This document shows, piece by piece, positions 52,401 to 64,000 of a stretch of DNA of 64,000 bases. The notes under the pieces are model-generated. The model saw only the letters and a list, made by a program, of their open reading frames with translations, was not told where the DNA came from and did not search any database. This stretch comes from Mobula hypostoma (taxonomy: Eukaryota): NCBI RefSeq assembly GCF_963921235.1, contig NC_086100.1:199208001-199272000 (forward strand), read 5' to 3'. Position numbers and translations under genes: made by a program. Position 1 is the stretch's first letter. Every line of letters starts with the position of its first letter.

Positions 52401-53320
52401 ATTATGTGGTTTTTGTCAGTTTTTTTAGTCTTGGTTTGTCTTGTGCTTCTCTGATATCATACCGGAGGAACACTGTATCATTTCTTAATGCATGCATTAC
52501 TAAGTGACAATAAAAGAGGACTGCGTGTCCTCATAATCTAATCTAATCTAATGCATTTTGGTAAAAGGAACAATAAAATGGACTATTATCTAAATGGGGA
52601 GAAGATTCAAACATCAGAGGTGCAGAGGGACTTGGGAATCCTCATGCAAAACCACCAGAAGGTTAATTTACAAGTTAAGTTCGTGGTAAAGAAGGCAAAG
52701 GCAATGGTGGCATTCATTTCAAGGTGTATCGAACATGAAAACAAGGAGATAACGCTGAAGCTTTATAAAACACTGATCAGGCCGCACTTGTATTGTCAAC
52801 AGTTTTGGGCCGAGTATGTTGTCATTTGAAAGAGTCCAGAGGATCTTCACAAGGATGATTCTGGGAACGAAGGGGTTAAAATATGAGGAGCATTTGGCAG
52901 CTTTGACCTGTACCCACTGAAATTTAGAAGAATGCATGGGGATCTCACTGAAACCTACTGAATATTGAAAGGACTAGATAGGGTGGATGTGGATACGATG
53001 TTTCCTCTGGTGGGGGAATCCAAAACTACAAGGTACAGCCTCAAACTTGAGCAGTGACCTTTTAGAAAAGAGGTAAGGAGGAATTTTTTTTAGCCTGAGA
53101 GTAGTGAATCTGTAGAATACCCTGCCACTGACTGCTGTGGAAGCCAAGTCTGTGGGTGTATTTAAGGCGGAAGTTGATAGTTTCCTGATCGATCAGGGCA
53201 TAAAAGGATATGGCGAGAAGGCAGGTGTGTGAGGTTGAATGGGATCTGCATCAGCCATGATGGAATGGTGCAGCAGACTCATGGGCCGAATGGCCTAATT
53301 CTGCTCCTATGCCTTTTGGT
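49415..53320 (+). mobile_element. Fragmented CR1 LINE with at least three nested insertions
   Basis: ORF2 pieces in order (LKVDKSP..DGLHP; QYGFREGKSCLTNL; TSGVPQGSVLGP; MHFGKRN...VQRDLG; 3' tail), interrupted at about 49881-50530, 51511-51701 and 51875-52548. Confidence 0.88.
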
Positions 53321-54767
53321 GACATGCATGTATTTTGATTATAAATTTACTTTGAACCTTTGAAAAAAGGTGCACAAGAGCCATAGATTGAGTAGACAGG
53401 AGGAGACAATTTCCCAGGGTGGAAACGATTAATGCAAGGTCGCACTGTAACCTCTGATAACCCTCCAGAGCACCCCCAACCTTTGTGTCATCAGTAAACT
53501 TACTAACCCATCTTTCTACTTCTTCATCCAGATCATTTATAAAAATTCACAAAGAACAGATCCCTGGTCCATCGACCTCAATGCAGAATACAAACCATCT
53601 ACAACCACTCTTTGCCTTCTGTGGGCGAGCCAGTTCTGGATCCATAAAGCAAGGTCTCCTTGGATCCCATGCCTTCTTACTTTCTGAAGGAGCCTTGCAT
53701 GGGGAACCTTATCAAATGCCTTACTGACATTTTGTTTAATAATTGTAATAAATTCAGAAAGTGTCTTTTCTGTTGATCAGTGTCAGAAGAGTCAAAATTA
53801 AATCCACTGCAGTTCAACGTTGCAAAGCAATAAAACATGAAAATGTCGGGGGGGCGGGGGGGATACTTTTTATAAGCACAGTACATTAGGGACATTTAAG
53901 AGACTTAGATAAGCACAAAGTATTATAGAAAAATGGAGGGCTTTCTAGGAGAGAAGGATAAGATTGATTTTAGAGTAGGCTTAAAGAAAGGCACATCGTG
54001 GGCTGGAACATTTTATGTTCTATGATTCAACCATTCAAGACAAAAGGTAACAAATCACTGCAATCTTTTAATCAAGAAGGTTGTGGGAGCATTTTGCATC
54101 CTGAATTGCTTCCTGGTCAATTAATATTTAAGTCTAAGAGAGAGACTTCTGAATATTAAAAGAATCAAAGAGTACTATTACTGAAAAGAGGAGCAGAAGC
54201 AAGAGCTGCAGGGCCTCTTCCTGCTTCCACTTAGATCCTGAGGAACGTGGCTACAAAAAGAGTAATTTTAGAAACAGCTCATCTCCAAACCTTTTTCCTC
54301 ATGAAAATAAGAGGTATGAGAGCTGCCAGGATTTGCTGAATGCTTCAAGCATCGCAGAATTGAAGGAATTCTGCAACCATTTTCTGGTTTTATAAGACAA
54401 TAATGCTAAAGGACCCAAAATACCAAAGGTCAGGCTACACAATGCAAGATGGCATGGGATGGTAACTTGCTGCAAGCTGGTCTCTGTAAATATGTTTCTA
54501 CTTCTTTAAAAAGTTCTACTCTTCAAAATCTAAATTCTGTGAATTTTCTAAGAATTATTAACAATGTTCTTTTAAATACATTTTATTCTGCATTCTGTTA
54601 TCATTTTCCCTTGTGCTACCTCAACGCACTGAACTGATGAAATAATCGGTATAGATGACATGCAAAACAAAAATTTTCACTGTAACTTGGTACATGTGAC
54701 AATGATAAATAAATTTATAGTGAGACTTGCCAATTGAACAAAGTACATTAGATGGATGTAACAATAC

Positions 54768-55294
54768 CTGTATTGCTTTTTGCTTCAGCATGGGGTTTTC
54801 CAGTGACAGAAGCTCTCTTCACAGCCTTCTGACTTGGAGATTTCTGATTAGAATTCTTAGCAGGCAATTCTTTCTGGGTTTTACGTTTTGTGTTAGGCTT
54901 GCGTGGGCTAGGCCTTTGCGGACTTGAGTGCTTGGGGCTTGTCCTGGATTTGTGGGGGCTCATACGCCTCGGCCTGGATCTGTGAGGACTGGACCGCCGA
55001 GGGCTAGACCTTGACCTGTGGGGGCTGGTGCGCCTGGGGCTGCCCCTGGATCGGTGTGGGCTGGTGCGCCTTGGACTGGATCTGGAACGGTGTGGGCTCA
55101 TGCGTCTCGGGCTGACTTTGCGAGGGCTTGAACGCCGTGGACTGGACTTGCGAGGACTTGAGCGCCTTGGACTGGTTCTGTGGGGGCTCATGCGACGTGG
55201 GCTTAAATGCTTCGGACTCATCCGTGATGAACTGAACGATGTGGCAGCCTGATCTGTGGCCACTGCTTCTTTCTCTTTCTTGGCGAGATCATCT
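54768..55294 (-). CDS. ZNF638: ZNF638 Ser/Arg/Pro-rich exon with SP-x-R/K repeat array
   Basis: tttgctcacag|A GAT GAT...ACA G|gtattg; 527 nt, phase 2-1, open; occupies the position of the RS region between the zinc finger and RRM1. Confidence 0.92.
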
Positions 55295-55769
55295 CTGTGA
55301 GCAAATTAAAAAGAAAAGTGATGTCCATGTGAAAACGATTTGATACAGGGCTTATGAATTGGTGATCCTGAAAGAATTCTGATTTTTCACAGAATCGAAC
55401 AGCACATAACACCATTATTCTTGTAGATTATCCAAAAATTCTCCTTCCCTTTCTCCTTAGTCCTGAATTCTATCTCCTTCAAACCATTTATTATATTCTC
55501 CTTTGAAAATTGCAGTTGGAAGCTCTTCTGGAACTTAACTCCCACTTCTCAATAAACAAGGCAAACTTGGGCAGTAATGCTGGCTTGGTTTGTAATGAAG
55601 TGTGATAATAGGGATGTGGATACACTCAGAAACTTATCAAAATCAGCCTTCTTTTCTAACTTGGAAACAAAAGATTGCAAGTGCTGTAACCCGGAGCACA
55701 AAGTGCTGGAGGAAGCTGATCTCAGTGTCTCAGTGGGTCAGATTGCACAGATGCTCGGAGACCTTGCTG

Positions 55770-57510
55770 ATTAAAACTGAGGGCAAGATTGTGTTGAATG
55801 CTGAGCAGTAATTAATAAACAGCAGCCTGACGTAGGCACACTGCTACTGTCCAGGTGGTCCAAGACCAAATGGAGAGCTAGTGAGACTGCATCCGCTGTA
55901 GACCCATTGTGGCGAGAGGCAAACTGCAGTGGGTCCAGGCCCTGACTTGGGCAGAAGTGAATTCTGGCCACAACCAACCTCTCAAAGCACTTCATTACAA
56001 TAGATGTGAGTGCACCTGGGTGCAAGTCATTGAGGCAGCTTATTCTGCTCTTCTTTGACACTGGTATGACTGTGTCACAAACAAAGAGAAAATCTGCAGA
56101 TGCTGGAAATCCCAGCAACACACACAAAATGCTGGAGGAACTCAGCAGACCAGGCAGCATCTAGGAAGAGTACAGTCAACCCTTCGACAGGACTGAAGAC
56201 AAAAAGCTGAGGAGTAGATTCAAAAGATGGGGGGAGGGGACAAAGTAAAGAGACAGAAGGCCATGGAAGAAAGAAAAGGGGGGAGGAGCACCAAAGGGAG
56301 GTGATGGGCAGGCAACAAGATAAGGTGAGAGAGGGAAAAGGGGATGGAAAATGTTGAAAGAGAGGGGAGGTGGGAGCATTACTGGAAGTTCGAGAAATCA
56401 ATGTTTGTGTCATTGGTCCAAACAGAATATAAGGTGTTGTTCCTCCAACCTAAATGTGGCCTCATCATGACAGTGGAGGAGGCCATGGTTAAACATATTG
56501 GAATTGGAATGCTAAGTGGAATTAAAATGGTTGGCCACTGGGAGATCCTGCTTTTTCTGCCAGACGAAGTGTAGGTGCTCGGAGAAGTGTTCTCCCAATC
56601 TATGTCGGGTCTCATTAATATACAGGAGGCCACACTGGGAGCACCGGACACCGTATATAACCCCAACAGGCTCACAGGTGAAGTGTCACCTCACCTGGAA
56701 GAACTGTTTAGGGCCCAGAACGGTAGTGAGAGAGGAGGTGTAGGGCCAAGTGTAGCACTTGTTCTGCTTGCAAGGATAAGTGCCAGGAAGGAGATCAGTG
56801 GAGAACGACGAATAGACAAGGGAGTTGCACAGGGAGCGATCAGAAAGTGGGAAGGAAGGAAAGAGATGCTTGGTGGCGGGACCCCACTGGAGATAGCAGA
56901 AGATATGGAGAATTATGTGCTGGACGCGGAGGCTGGTGGGATAGTAGGTGAAGACTAGAGAAACCCTATCCCTGGTAGAGTGGCAGGAATATGGGGCAAG
57001 AGCAGATGTGTGTGAAATGGATGAGGTGTGGCTGAGGGCAGTGTTGATGGTGGAGGAAGGGAAGCCCCTTTCTTTGAAAAAGGAGAACATCTCCTTCGCT
57101 CTAGAATGAAAAAGCCTCATCCTTTGAGCAGATGTGGCAGAGGCGGAGAAATTGAGAGAAGGGGAAGGCATTTTTACAAGTAACAGGATGGGAAGAGGTA
57201 TGGGCCATCTAACTGTGAGAGTCGGTCGGTTTATAATAGACATCAGTGAATAAGTTGTCTCCGGAGGTAGACAGTGAGATCGAGAAAGCACAGCAAGGTG
57301 TCGCTCTTTTGAAGCAGGTGGATACACCCGATTGCAACAGCGAGAGATTGAAGATGCCCTTGATCACTCCTGCCAGTTTGGTGGCACAGGGTTCAGTGCC
57401 CTACCAAGTACAGCACTGGGGCCTGACACATTGTGAGGGTTCACCTTTTTGAAAGATGTTCTGACGCTGACCTCTGAGACAGAGACTACAGGGTCACCAA
57501 TGCTGCACAG
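55770..57510 (-). mobile_element. Rex/Babar-like LINE fragment split by a Penelope insertion
   Basis: LNDLHPGALTSIVMKCFERLV...LDPLQFA (55771-56070) continues from IFNLSLLQ...TCFK (about 57300-57360). Confidence 0.8.
56075..57285 (-). mobile_element. Penelope-like element, 3' part (GIY-YIG region)
   Basis: RVSLVFTYYP, PGTYPCKQNKCYT, GPKQFFQVR, NIDFSNF; 3' terminal repeat with DAAWSAEFLQHF-type sequence. Confidence 0.88.
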
Positions 57511-58551
57511 GTATCACAGATAAAACTAAATATACTTTTATTCTCCCTTTCAAAGCATGCATAAAAGGTGCTGAGCTTAATTGGGAGTGAAGCATCACAG
57601 CAATTAATGCTGTGAGCAGCTGGGTTAAACCCACAAGAACAAATAGCAATCATAGAAGACAGGCCCTTTAACCAGTGGAACCAATTAGTGAGATTGGTGA
57701 TTGTAACAAAACTCATTCACCTTAAGCAAACAAAATCTGAACTTTAAAAAAAAGTTAACAGAATCAGTTGCAAAGAGAGATCAGATGTAGACAGCATCTT
57801 CTACTTTTCAAGCTTTTTTTTTTGTTTTTCAGTCTATGAGGGAGCAAAGATAATACTGTATCAGAAATTGGAAAGGCTGAGAGAGAATTGTGGCTTTAAT
57901 GAGGGACAAAATCAGGTCTGAGATGTAAAGCTAATAAGCAGGGAAATACTAAAAATGCACCTATGCATGTGTGGCAGTGAGTACTTGGTAAACACACTCC
58001 TTAAACACGTGCATTCATAAACAGACAAACGTTGCCTTGTCATTCTGCTGGCTTTGCACTAAGAGCATGCGCTTCAATGTCTTCCCCTGGTATATTCTGT
58101 TAATGGGTCCTAAACCGAGCTGATGCCCTTGGGTTGGCCTTATGTTGCCTTCATCGCCATACACGGCACAATGTTCCAACACTTTAGTGATGGGGATGTG
58201 TACATGTTCTTTGTATATATTTAAAATATATACTTCTGTTTATTTTGTAACATGATTGTAACTACATTGTGGGGTATATCATATGCTAATTCATGTGTTA
58301 TTTTAAGTTAGCTTTGTGGATAAACTAGACAATGGGGTGACCCGTTGGGGCACCCTTTGAGGGAAGGGTAGTGCAGTCCGATGTGACCAGAATGAACATT
58401 AAATTTTGCTGAATGATATTGGTATCGCTTTACTTTGGAAACTGAAGTAGAAAACCTCTGTTCGTTAAAGAACAATGCGTAGCAAAGCAAATATAGCTCC
58501 TCCTCGTTTAACGAAGGACACTTGATGGCATCATTTCTGGCTTATCTGCCA

Positions 58552-59609
58552 TCCAGGACATCTTCTTTAAAGATCATGGTTTCCCTTCTGCTGTCATCAA
58601 TGATGCCCTCACCTGCATCTCCTCCATTTCCCGCACTTTGGCCCTCACCCCATCCTCCTGTCACCACAACAGGGACAGAGTTCCCCTTGTCTTCACCTAC
58701 CACCCCACCAGCCTCTGGATCCAGCACATCATCCTCCACAACTTCCGCCACCTTCAACAGGACCCCACCACTAAGCACATCTTTCCCTCTCCGCTTTCCG
58801 CAGGGATCGTTCCCTCTGCGACTTCCTGTTCCACACGTCCCTCCCCACGGATCTCCCACCCGGCATTTATCCCTGTAAGCGTAAGTGCTACACCTGTCCC
58901 TACACCTCCTCGCTTGCCACCATTCAGGGCCTCAAACGGTCCTTCCAGGTGAGGCAACACTTCACTTGTGAGTCTGTTGGGGTCATCTATTGCATCCCGT
59001 GCGGCCTCCTCTACATCGTTGAACCGGACGCATATTGGGGGACCGCTTTGTCGAGCACCTCCACCACAACAGACAGGATCTCCCGGTTGCCACCCACTTC
59101 AACTCCGCTTCACATTGTCATTCGGATATGTCCATACATGGCCTCCTATACTGCCATGATGAGGCTAAACTCAGGTTGGAAGAGCAACACCTCATATACC
59201 TTCTGGGTAGTCTCCAGCCCCTTGGCATGAATATTGAATTCTCCAACTTTTGGTAATCCCCTCCCCTTCCCTTCCCCCATCGCTGTTTCACTCTGCCCCC
59301 TCCCCAGCTGCCTATCACCTTCCTCATGGTTCCGCCTCCTTCTACTATCCATTGTGCTTTCCCCTTTCACCTTTCCTGCCTATCCCGTCCCTGCTTCTCC
59401 TTCCCCACCCCTTTATCTTTCCCCTTACTGGTTTTTCACCTGGCAAGTACCAGCCTTCTCCTTCCCACCCTCCCCCACCTCCTTTATAGGGCCTCTGCCC
59501 TCCTCCCTCTTCAGTCCTGACGAAAGGTTCCGGCCTGAAACGTTGACGTTGACATTTCCACGGATGCTGCCCGACCTGCTGAGTTCCTCCAGCAGGTTGT
59601 GAGTGTTGC
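58552..59609 (+). mobile_element. Penelope-like element, 3' part with GIY-YIG endonuclease remnant
   Basis: RVPLVFTYHP, FTCESVGVIYCI..GLLYI, DRFVEHL, VATHFN, RLEEQHLIY.LGSLQP.GMN; 7-bp target duplication tctgcca (58545-58551 and 59610-59616). Confidence 0.92.
59514..59547 (+). ncRNA. Minimal type I hammerhead ribozyme motif in the Penelope terminal repeat
   Basis: gtc CTGACGA a agg-ttccgg-cct GAAA cg TT gac: intact core boxes, stem II, palindromic ACGT stem III, NUH = GUU, short stem I gtc/gac. Confidence 0.65.
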
Positions 59610-61581
59610 TCTGCCACCCTTGTGCCTCTCATTGTGATTCTGAAGACTTGCAGCCCTTTCATCCCTTGTCTCCTTCATTTCTTCTGCTATTTGTTGTTTG
59701 TCTCTGATCCTGGAGACGTGCATGCCTCTCCTCCTCTGTCTCTTCTTCTCTCATCTTTTTTTGTCTTGACTCTTTGATCCTGGAGTTGTGCGGCCCTGGC
59801 CTCATCTGATTCTTGTTCTCTTCCTCTCCTTGCCGCCTCCTGACGACGTTTGGCGTCATCTCTTGACCATAATGTCCCCCTTCCCTTTCCACGCGGCATA
59901 ATTATGCTGACCACTTTTTTTTTTACCCTAATGCTGGATAGAAGATATGAAGCAGTAACAGCAAAGGATGCTGATTATTCTTGATGATGTGGTTGGCGCT
60001 CCCCTAAATGGACGTGATATAGTCACCGCTGTCCTTTGACTGCAGCAAAGGGTTTTATGGGTGTCGCGAAGTACGTCATTACAATAAGATTTAATTACCT
60101 CTTATTGATGGGTGGCAGTTAGATCTGTCCCAATCCTGCACATGGTGATTAGCAGAACTGACCCTTTGAAATAGAGCTGCCCTTCCCTTTTGCTCCAGTA
60201 GGTGTCACTGCTGAGACTGCCCGTGCGAATGCGTCGGGCTGTTGCGTCCCAATTTCCATAATGGTCAATCGGGTCTCGGGTTAAAGGGGAGCCTATTTAT
60301 TCTGGCAAATGAGCAATTTTATACGAATATATAACCCTGAAGTTCGCCTGCATTCTGTAAGTTAGCACATTTTAATTCGATTTAGCCAAAAAAAAGTGCC
60401 GCTGTAATGCAGTGTTTGCGCTAATTGGAGGCCACAAACAGACAAACAGAGCATGAGAGTTTTAGTAGTATATAGATGAAGATGGTATGTCCTGGTGTCT
60501 AACAAACGGGGGCTATTTGCTAGATATGTATGGGAGCTATTTTGCATTTTTGGTAGATATCTTTCTGTAAATATTGGCAGTTTTCTTTTGACTATTTTCA
60601 TTAATTTTTTTAAAGTTTTATTTTTGATGCACTTATTAAACAGCCTTTCACTAAAATGCTAAGCGACTCCAGACACCTTTTCCTTTGGTCATAACCCACA
60701 AATTTAACAGCATGGACACAAAATGTTTTGATTCAAGATTATTATTTTGATACATGGATAAGAGTTTTGCTTTTGTGGAGTCAAATATGTACTAATGAAT
60801 AAACCCACAAATAAACATGTTGCTTTTCAAATCAGAGTTATGGACACAGCCCTTCACATCACACAAACCAACCCCCCTCCATAGACTGTCCATACTTCTC
60901 ACTTTCTCGGTGAAACAGCAAGCATAATCAAAGACTCCTCCCACCCCAGACATTCTCTGTCCTGTCATTTATCATCGGGCAAAGGATGCAGACACCTGAA
61001 AGCATCTACCACTAGGCTCAAGGACAGTCTCTACCCTGTTGTTGTAAGATGATGGCCACGTGACCTCACAGTCTACCTTGCACGTTAATGTGCACCTGCA
61101 CTGCACTTATCTGTATAGTTAACCCTTTATTCTGCACTCAGTCATTGCTTTCACTTGTGCAGGCTCAATGCAATGAAATGATCCTGTACAAACAGTATGC
61201 GAGACATATTTTTCACTGTCCCTTGGTACATGGCATCAAAGATTACGGGGAGAAAGTCAGCAACTGGAACTGAGGAGGAGAAAAAAAATCAGCCATGATT
61301 GATTGGCGGAGCAGACTACGCTGTTGTCTGCTAATGGGCCAGACGCTCTAAATCTGTTCCTATATCTTAAGGTCTTATAGCCTTATGCGACAATAGCAAA
61401 ATAAATGTACCATTGGCAATACAAGGCTTTAGTTTCACCTACAGCACAAAACACTCCTCAAAAGTACAATTTTGAACTTGATCTCAAAACCCATTAAAAG
61501 CCCAAATGTTGTTTGAATTACCCCATCCAATGCCACTGCCTCAGAAAAAAAAAACAAGGATAGATATAGAATGGAACATAC

Positions 61582-61620
61582 TTTGTTGGAGGAATTGCAT
61601 CTGGGTCCCAGTCTGGATAC
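61582..61620 (-). CDS. ZNF638: ZNF638 exon (EYPDWDPDAIPPTK)
   Basis: ttttgtgttgcag|G TAT CCA GAC TGG...AA|gtatgt; 39 nt, phase 2-2; the YPDW.P motif follows the N-terminal zinc finger in the matrin-3/ZNF638/RBM20 family. Confidence 0.93.
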
Positions 61621-61714
61621 CTGCAACACAAAACATTTAAAACTTTATAGGAGTGACTACAATCACCACTGATGACTCCATACAATGCTAATAATTATTT
61701 TGATTATTATGAGG

Positions 61715-62055
61715 AGCATTTGATAGTTCTTGACATAGGATGGATGTGGAATGTTTCCTGGGATGTCTAAGACCAGAAGGTACAGCTTCAGAATATAGGG
61801 AGATTGATTTAGAAGAGAGGTAAAGAGGAATTTCTTTAGCCAGAGGATGGTGAATCTCTGGAATTCATTGCCACAGACGACCGTGGAGGCCAAGTCATTG
61901 GGTATATTTGAAGTAGAGGATGATAGGTTCTTGATTACAGGGAGAAAACAGAAGAATGGCATTGAGGGGAGATAATAAAATCAGCCATGATGGAATGGCA
62001 AAGCACACTCAAAAGGCCGAATGGCCTAGTTCTGCTCCTATGCCTTATGGTCTTA
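61715..62055 (+). mobile_element. CR1 LINE 3' end
   Basis: FFSQRMVNLWNSLP remnant and a ctgctcctatgccttatgg tail. Confidence 0.8.
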
Positions 62056-63889
62056 TTATCCAACTTCCACCCATCCCATCCCAATCTCCCACATTCCCTC
62101 TATATTCTTCAGATTCATTCTCTGTGTAACACCTTAAATTGAATTAAAAATGTGTTGGGGTATTAATAGGAGAACAGCCAACAGTGGATCCACATCTGGG
62201 ATATCACATAGTTCCGGTCACAAGACATAGTCTATCAAAAATTGCTTTGGAGAGGGTGCAGATTCACTGGGATGGGGTTTCCTAGTTATGAGAGGAGTAT
62301 GGATAGTCATTGAACACTACAGCACAGAAGCAGGCACCTCATCCCATCAGGTCCATGTCAAACTATAAACCTATCCAGTCCTGTCAACCTGCAACCAGAC
62401 CAGAGCCCTCCATACCCCTCTCATCCATGTACCTATCCATATTTCTCTTAAACGTTGAATTTGAACTCACATCCATCACTTGCACTGGTAGCTCATTCCA
62501 CACTCACCAATCTGAGTGAAGACTACCCCCTCATGACCCCCTTAAATATTTCACCTTTCATCCTTAACTTATGACCTCTAGTTCTAGTCTCAACCAACCT
62601 CAGTTGAAAAAGCCTGCCTGTATTTACTCTATAATTTTGTAGACCTCTATCAAATCTTCCCTCATTCTCCTACACTCTTTAGCACAATTTAAGCCACCTT
62701 AGCACAATTACAGCTCAGGGTGCTCCTGAGTTCGGAGTTGAATTCCAGTGTCATCCGTGAAGAGTTGGTTTGTTCTTTTCATGAACAGCAAGGGTTTCCT
62801 CTGGATGCCTCCCCCCCCACCCCCCACAGTCTAAAGACCTATCAGTTAGTAGGTTAATTGATCACTGTAACCTGTCCTGTGATTAGTCTTGTGTTAAATA
62901 AGTGGGTTGCTGGGTGGTGCGGATTGTTGAGCTGTAAGAATGGGCTCCACACTGTATTTCTAAATAAAATTTAAAAGAAAGTCTTTATCTATTCAACCTT
63001 TCCCTGTATCTCAGGTCCCCAATCCCTAGCAAGGTAATAGTTAAAGGCTGAGAATATTTTTCTTAGAGCAGAGAAGGCCAAGACGACCTACCAGTGGACC
63101 ATACAATATAATGAAGGGCATATATAAGGTAAACAATGGAAAATCTTTCCCCATAGCAAAATGTCTAAGCACAGAAGCCATGGAATATCGAACAGTACAG
63201 GCCCTTCGGTCCTTTTAGCCAACTGTAAGATCAATATATCTCTTTCCTCTCACATAGCCCACCACTGTCTTTCATCCATGTGCCTATCTCAGTCTCTTAA
63301 ATATTCTTAATTAGTCCGCCTCCACACATGACACTCAACATACCCACCATTGTGTTAAGAAAGACCTAACCTCCTCCCATACTTTTCTCCAATCACCTTA
63401 GAATTATGCCCTATCATATTAGCCACCCTGGGAAAATGCCTCTGGCTGTCCACTAGATCTATGCCTCTCATCTTGTACATCTCTTTCAAGTCACCTCTCA
63501 TCCTCCTTTGCTCCAATGAGGAAAACTCTGGCTCACTCAACCTATCTCTCTAATCAAGGCAGCATCCTGGTTAAAAAAGTTTACTGGAAGCGAAATAGAA
63601 AAGAGGACAATTTAAGAACTGAATAAGGCTTGGCTATGAACAAACAGCTTTCTGATACTCAAAAAGGAATAGTTTGGCTGAGTGTTGGAGAGCTATCTGA
63701 GGTCTCTGTACAGCACTATGACTCTAAAAAGATGACAACTGCCTGCATAAAATCAGAACTGTACAGATAGAAACAGGGCCTTTAGCCCACCACTCTGGAG
63801 AAGGGAAAGGAGGAAGAACCTGTGTCAAAGAAATCTTCTTTATCTGGCAACCTTGGGAAGAAAGATCACAAACTTGGTAAAAACCTTAC

Positions 63890-63951
63890 TCTTTGAGTAA
63901 AAGACGGCAGCTATCATAGTGGACAGATGTTTTCTTGTGACGTTCCCAATC
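63890..63951 (-). CDS. ZNF638: ZNF638 exon, second half of matrin-type zinc finger (DWERHKKTSVHYDSCRLLLK)
   Basis: ttgttttcacag|GAT...GA|gtaagg; 62 nt, phase 0-2; W..H.....H...C pattern as in human DWIQHQNTSTHIESCRQL (from memory). The gene's 5' part lies beyond the window end. Confidence 0.93.
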
Positions 63952-64000
63952 CTGTGAAAACAAAGAAAACACAAAAAGTATTTTACCACTAAATAAAAGA

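Larger units (their letters stand above)
58020..60476 (-). mobile_element. Non-autonomous Helitron (interrupted by Penelope)
   Basis: 5' end A|TCTATATACTACTAAAA at 60476; ORF remnant from 59899 MPRGKGRG...ESDEARAAQLQDQR / ETEEERHARLQDQR, like RepHel N-terminal repeats; subterminal hairpin gacaa-ggcaacgt-ttgtc at 58041-58024; terminal CTRR not seen. Confidence 0.7.

Noticed and set aside
54748..55263. Stand-alone protamine-like or sperm-histone-like gene
   Set aside because: The ORF start is a GTG inside an exon that has proper splice sites and phases linking it into ZNF638.
25258..63951. Assignment to MATR3 or RBM20 rather than ZNF638
   Set aside because: Three RRMs, an RS-type region between the zinc finger and RRM1, and the IYD..VH..NLPEDG / SLSP...LPE RRM3 sequence fit ZNF638; MATR3 has two RRMs and RBM20 one.

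Overview
Vertebrate genomic DNA, inferred to be cartilaginous fish (probably a ray) from its repeat content: CR1, Rex/L2-like, Penelope, Tc1, Helitron and SINE fragments. The whole window lies inside one minus-strand gene, ZNF638/NP220 (matrin-3 family). I reconstructed 14 consecutive GT-AG exons from 63951 down to 25258 (1716 nt, 572 codons, phases consistent). They encode the second half of the N-terminal matrin-type zinc finger, a regular SP-x-R/K repeat array and three RRMs. A probable further canonical exon sits about 24 kb downstream (1320-1354). The main observation is 738 nt after the last RRM exon. There, a phase-matched splice acceptor opens a 1077-nt frame (24519-23443) that resembles DIRS-type retrotransposon Gag (LAP2alpha-like). 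It has no recognisable RT or recombinase beside it and is broken by a single in-frame TAG. This is a candidate co-opted gag alternative last exon of ZNF638, paralleling mammalian TMPO/LAP2alpha and ZNF451. The introns also hold two Tc1 copies, a solo LTR, a Helitron interrupted by a Penelope element with a minimal hammerhead motif, and many nested LINE/SINE fragments. All family assignments are by eye; no database search was run, and repeat boundaries are approximate.
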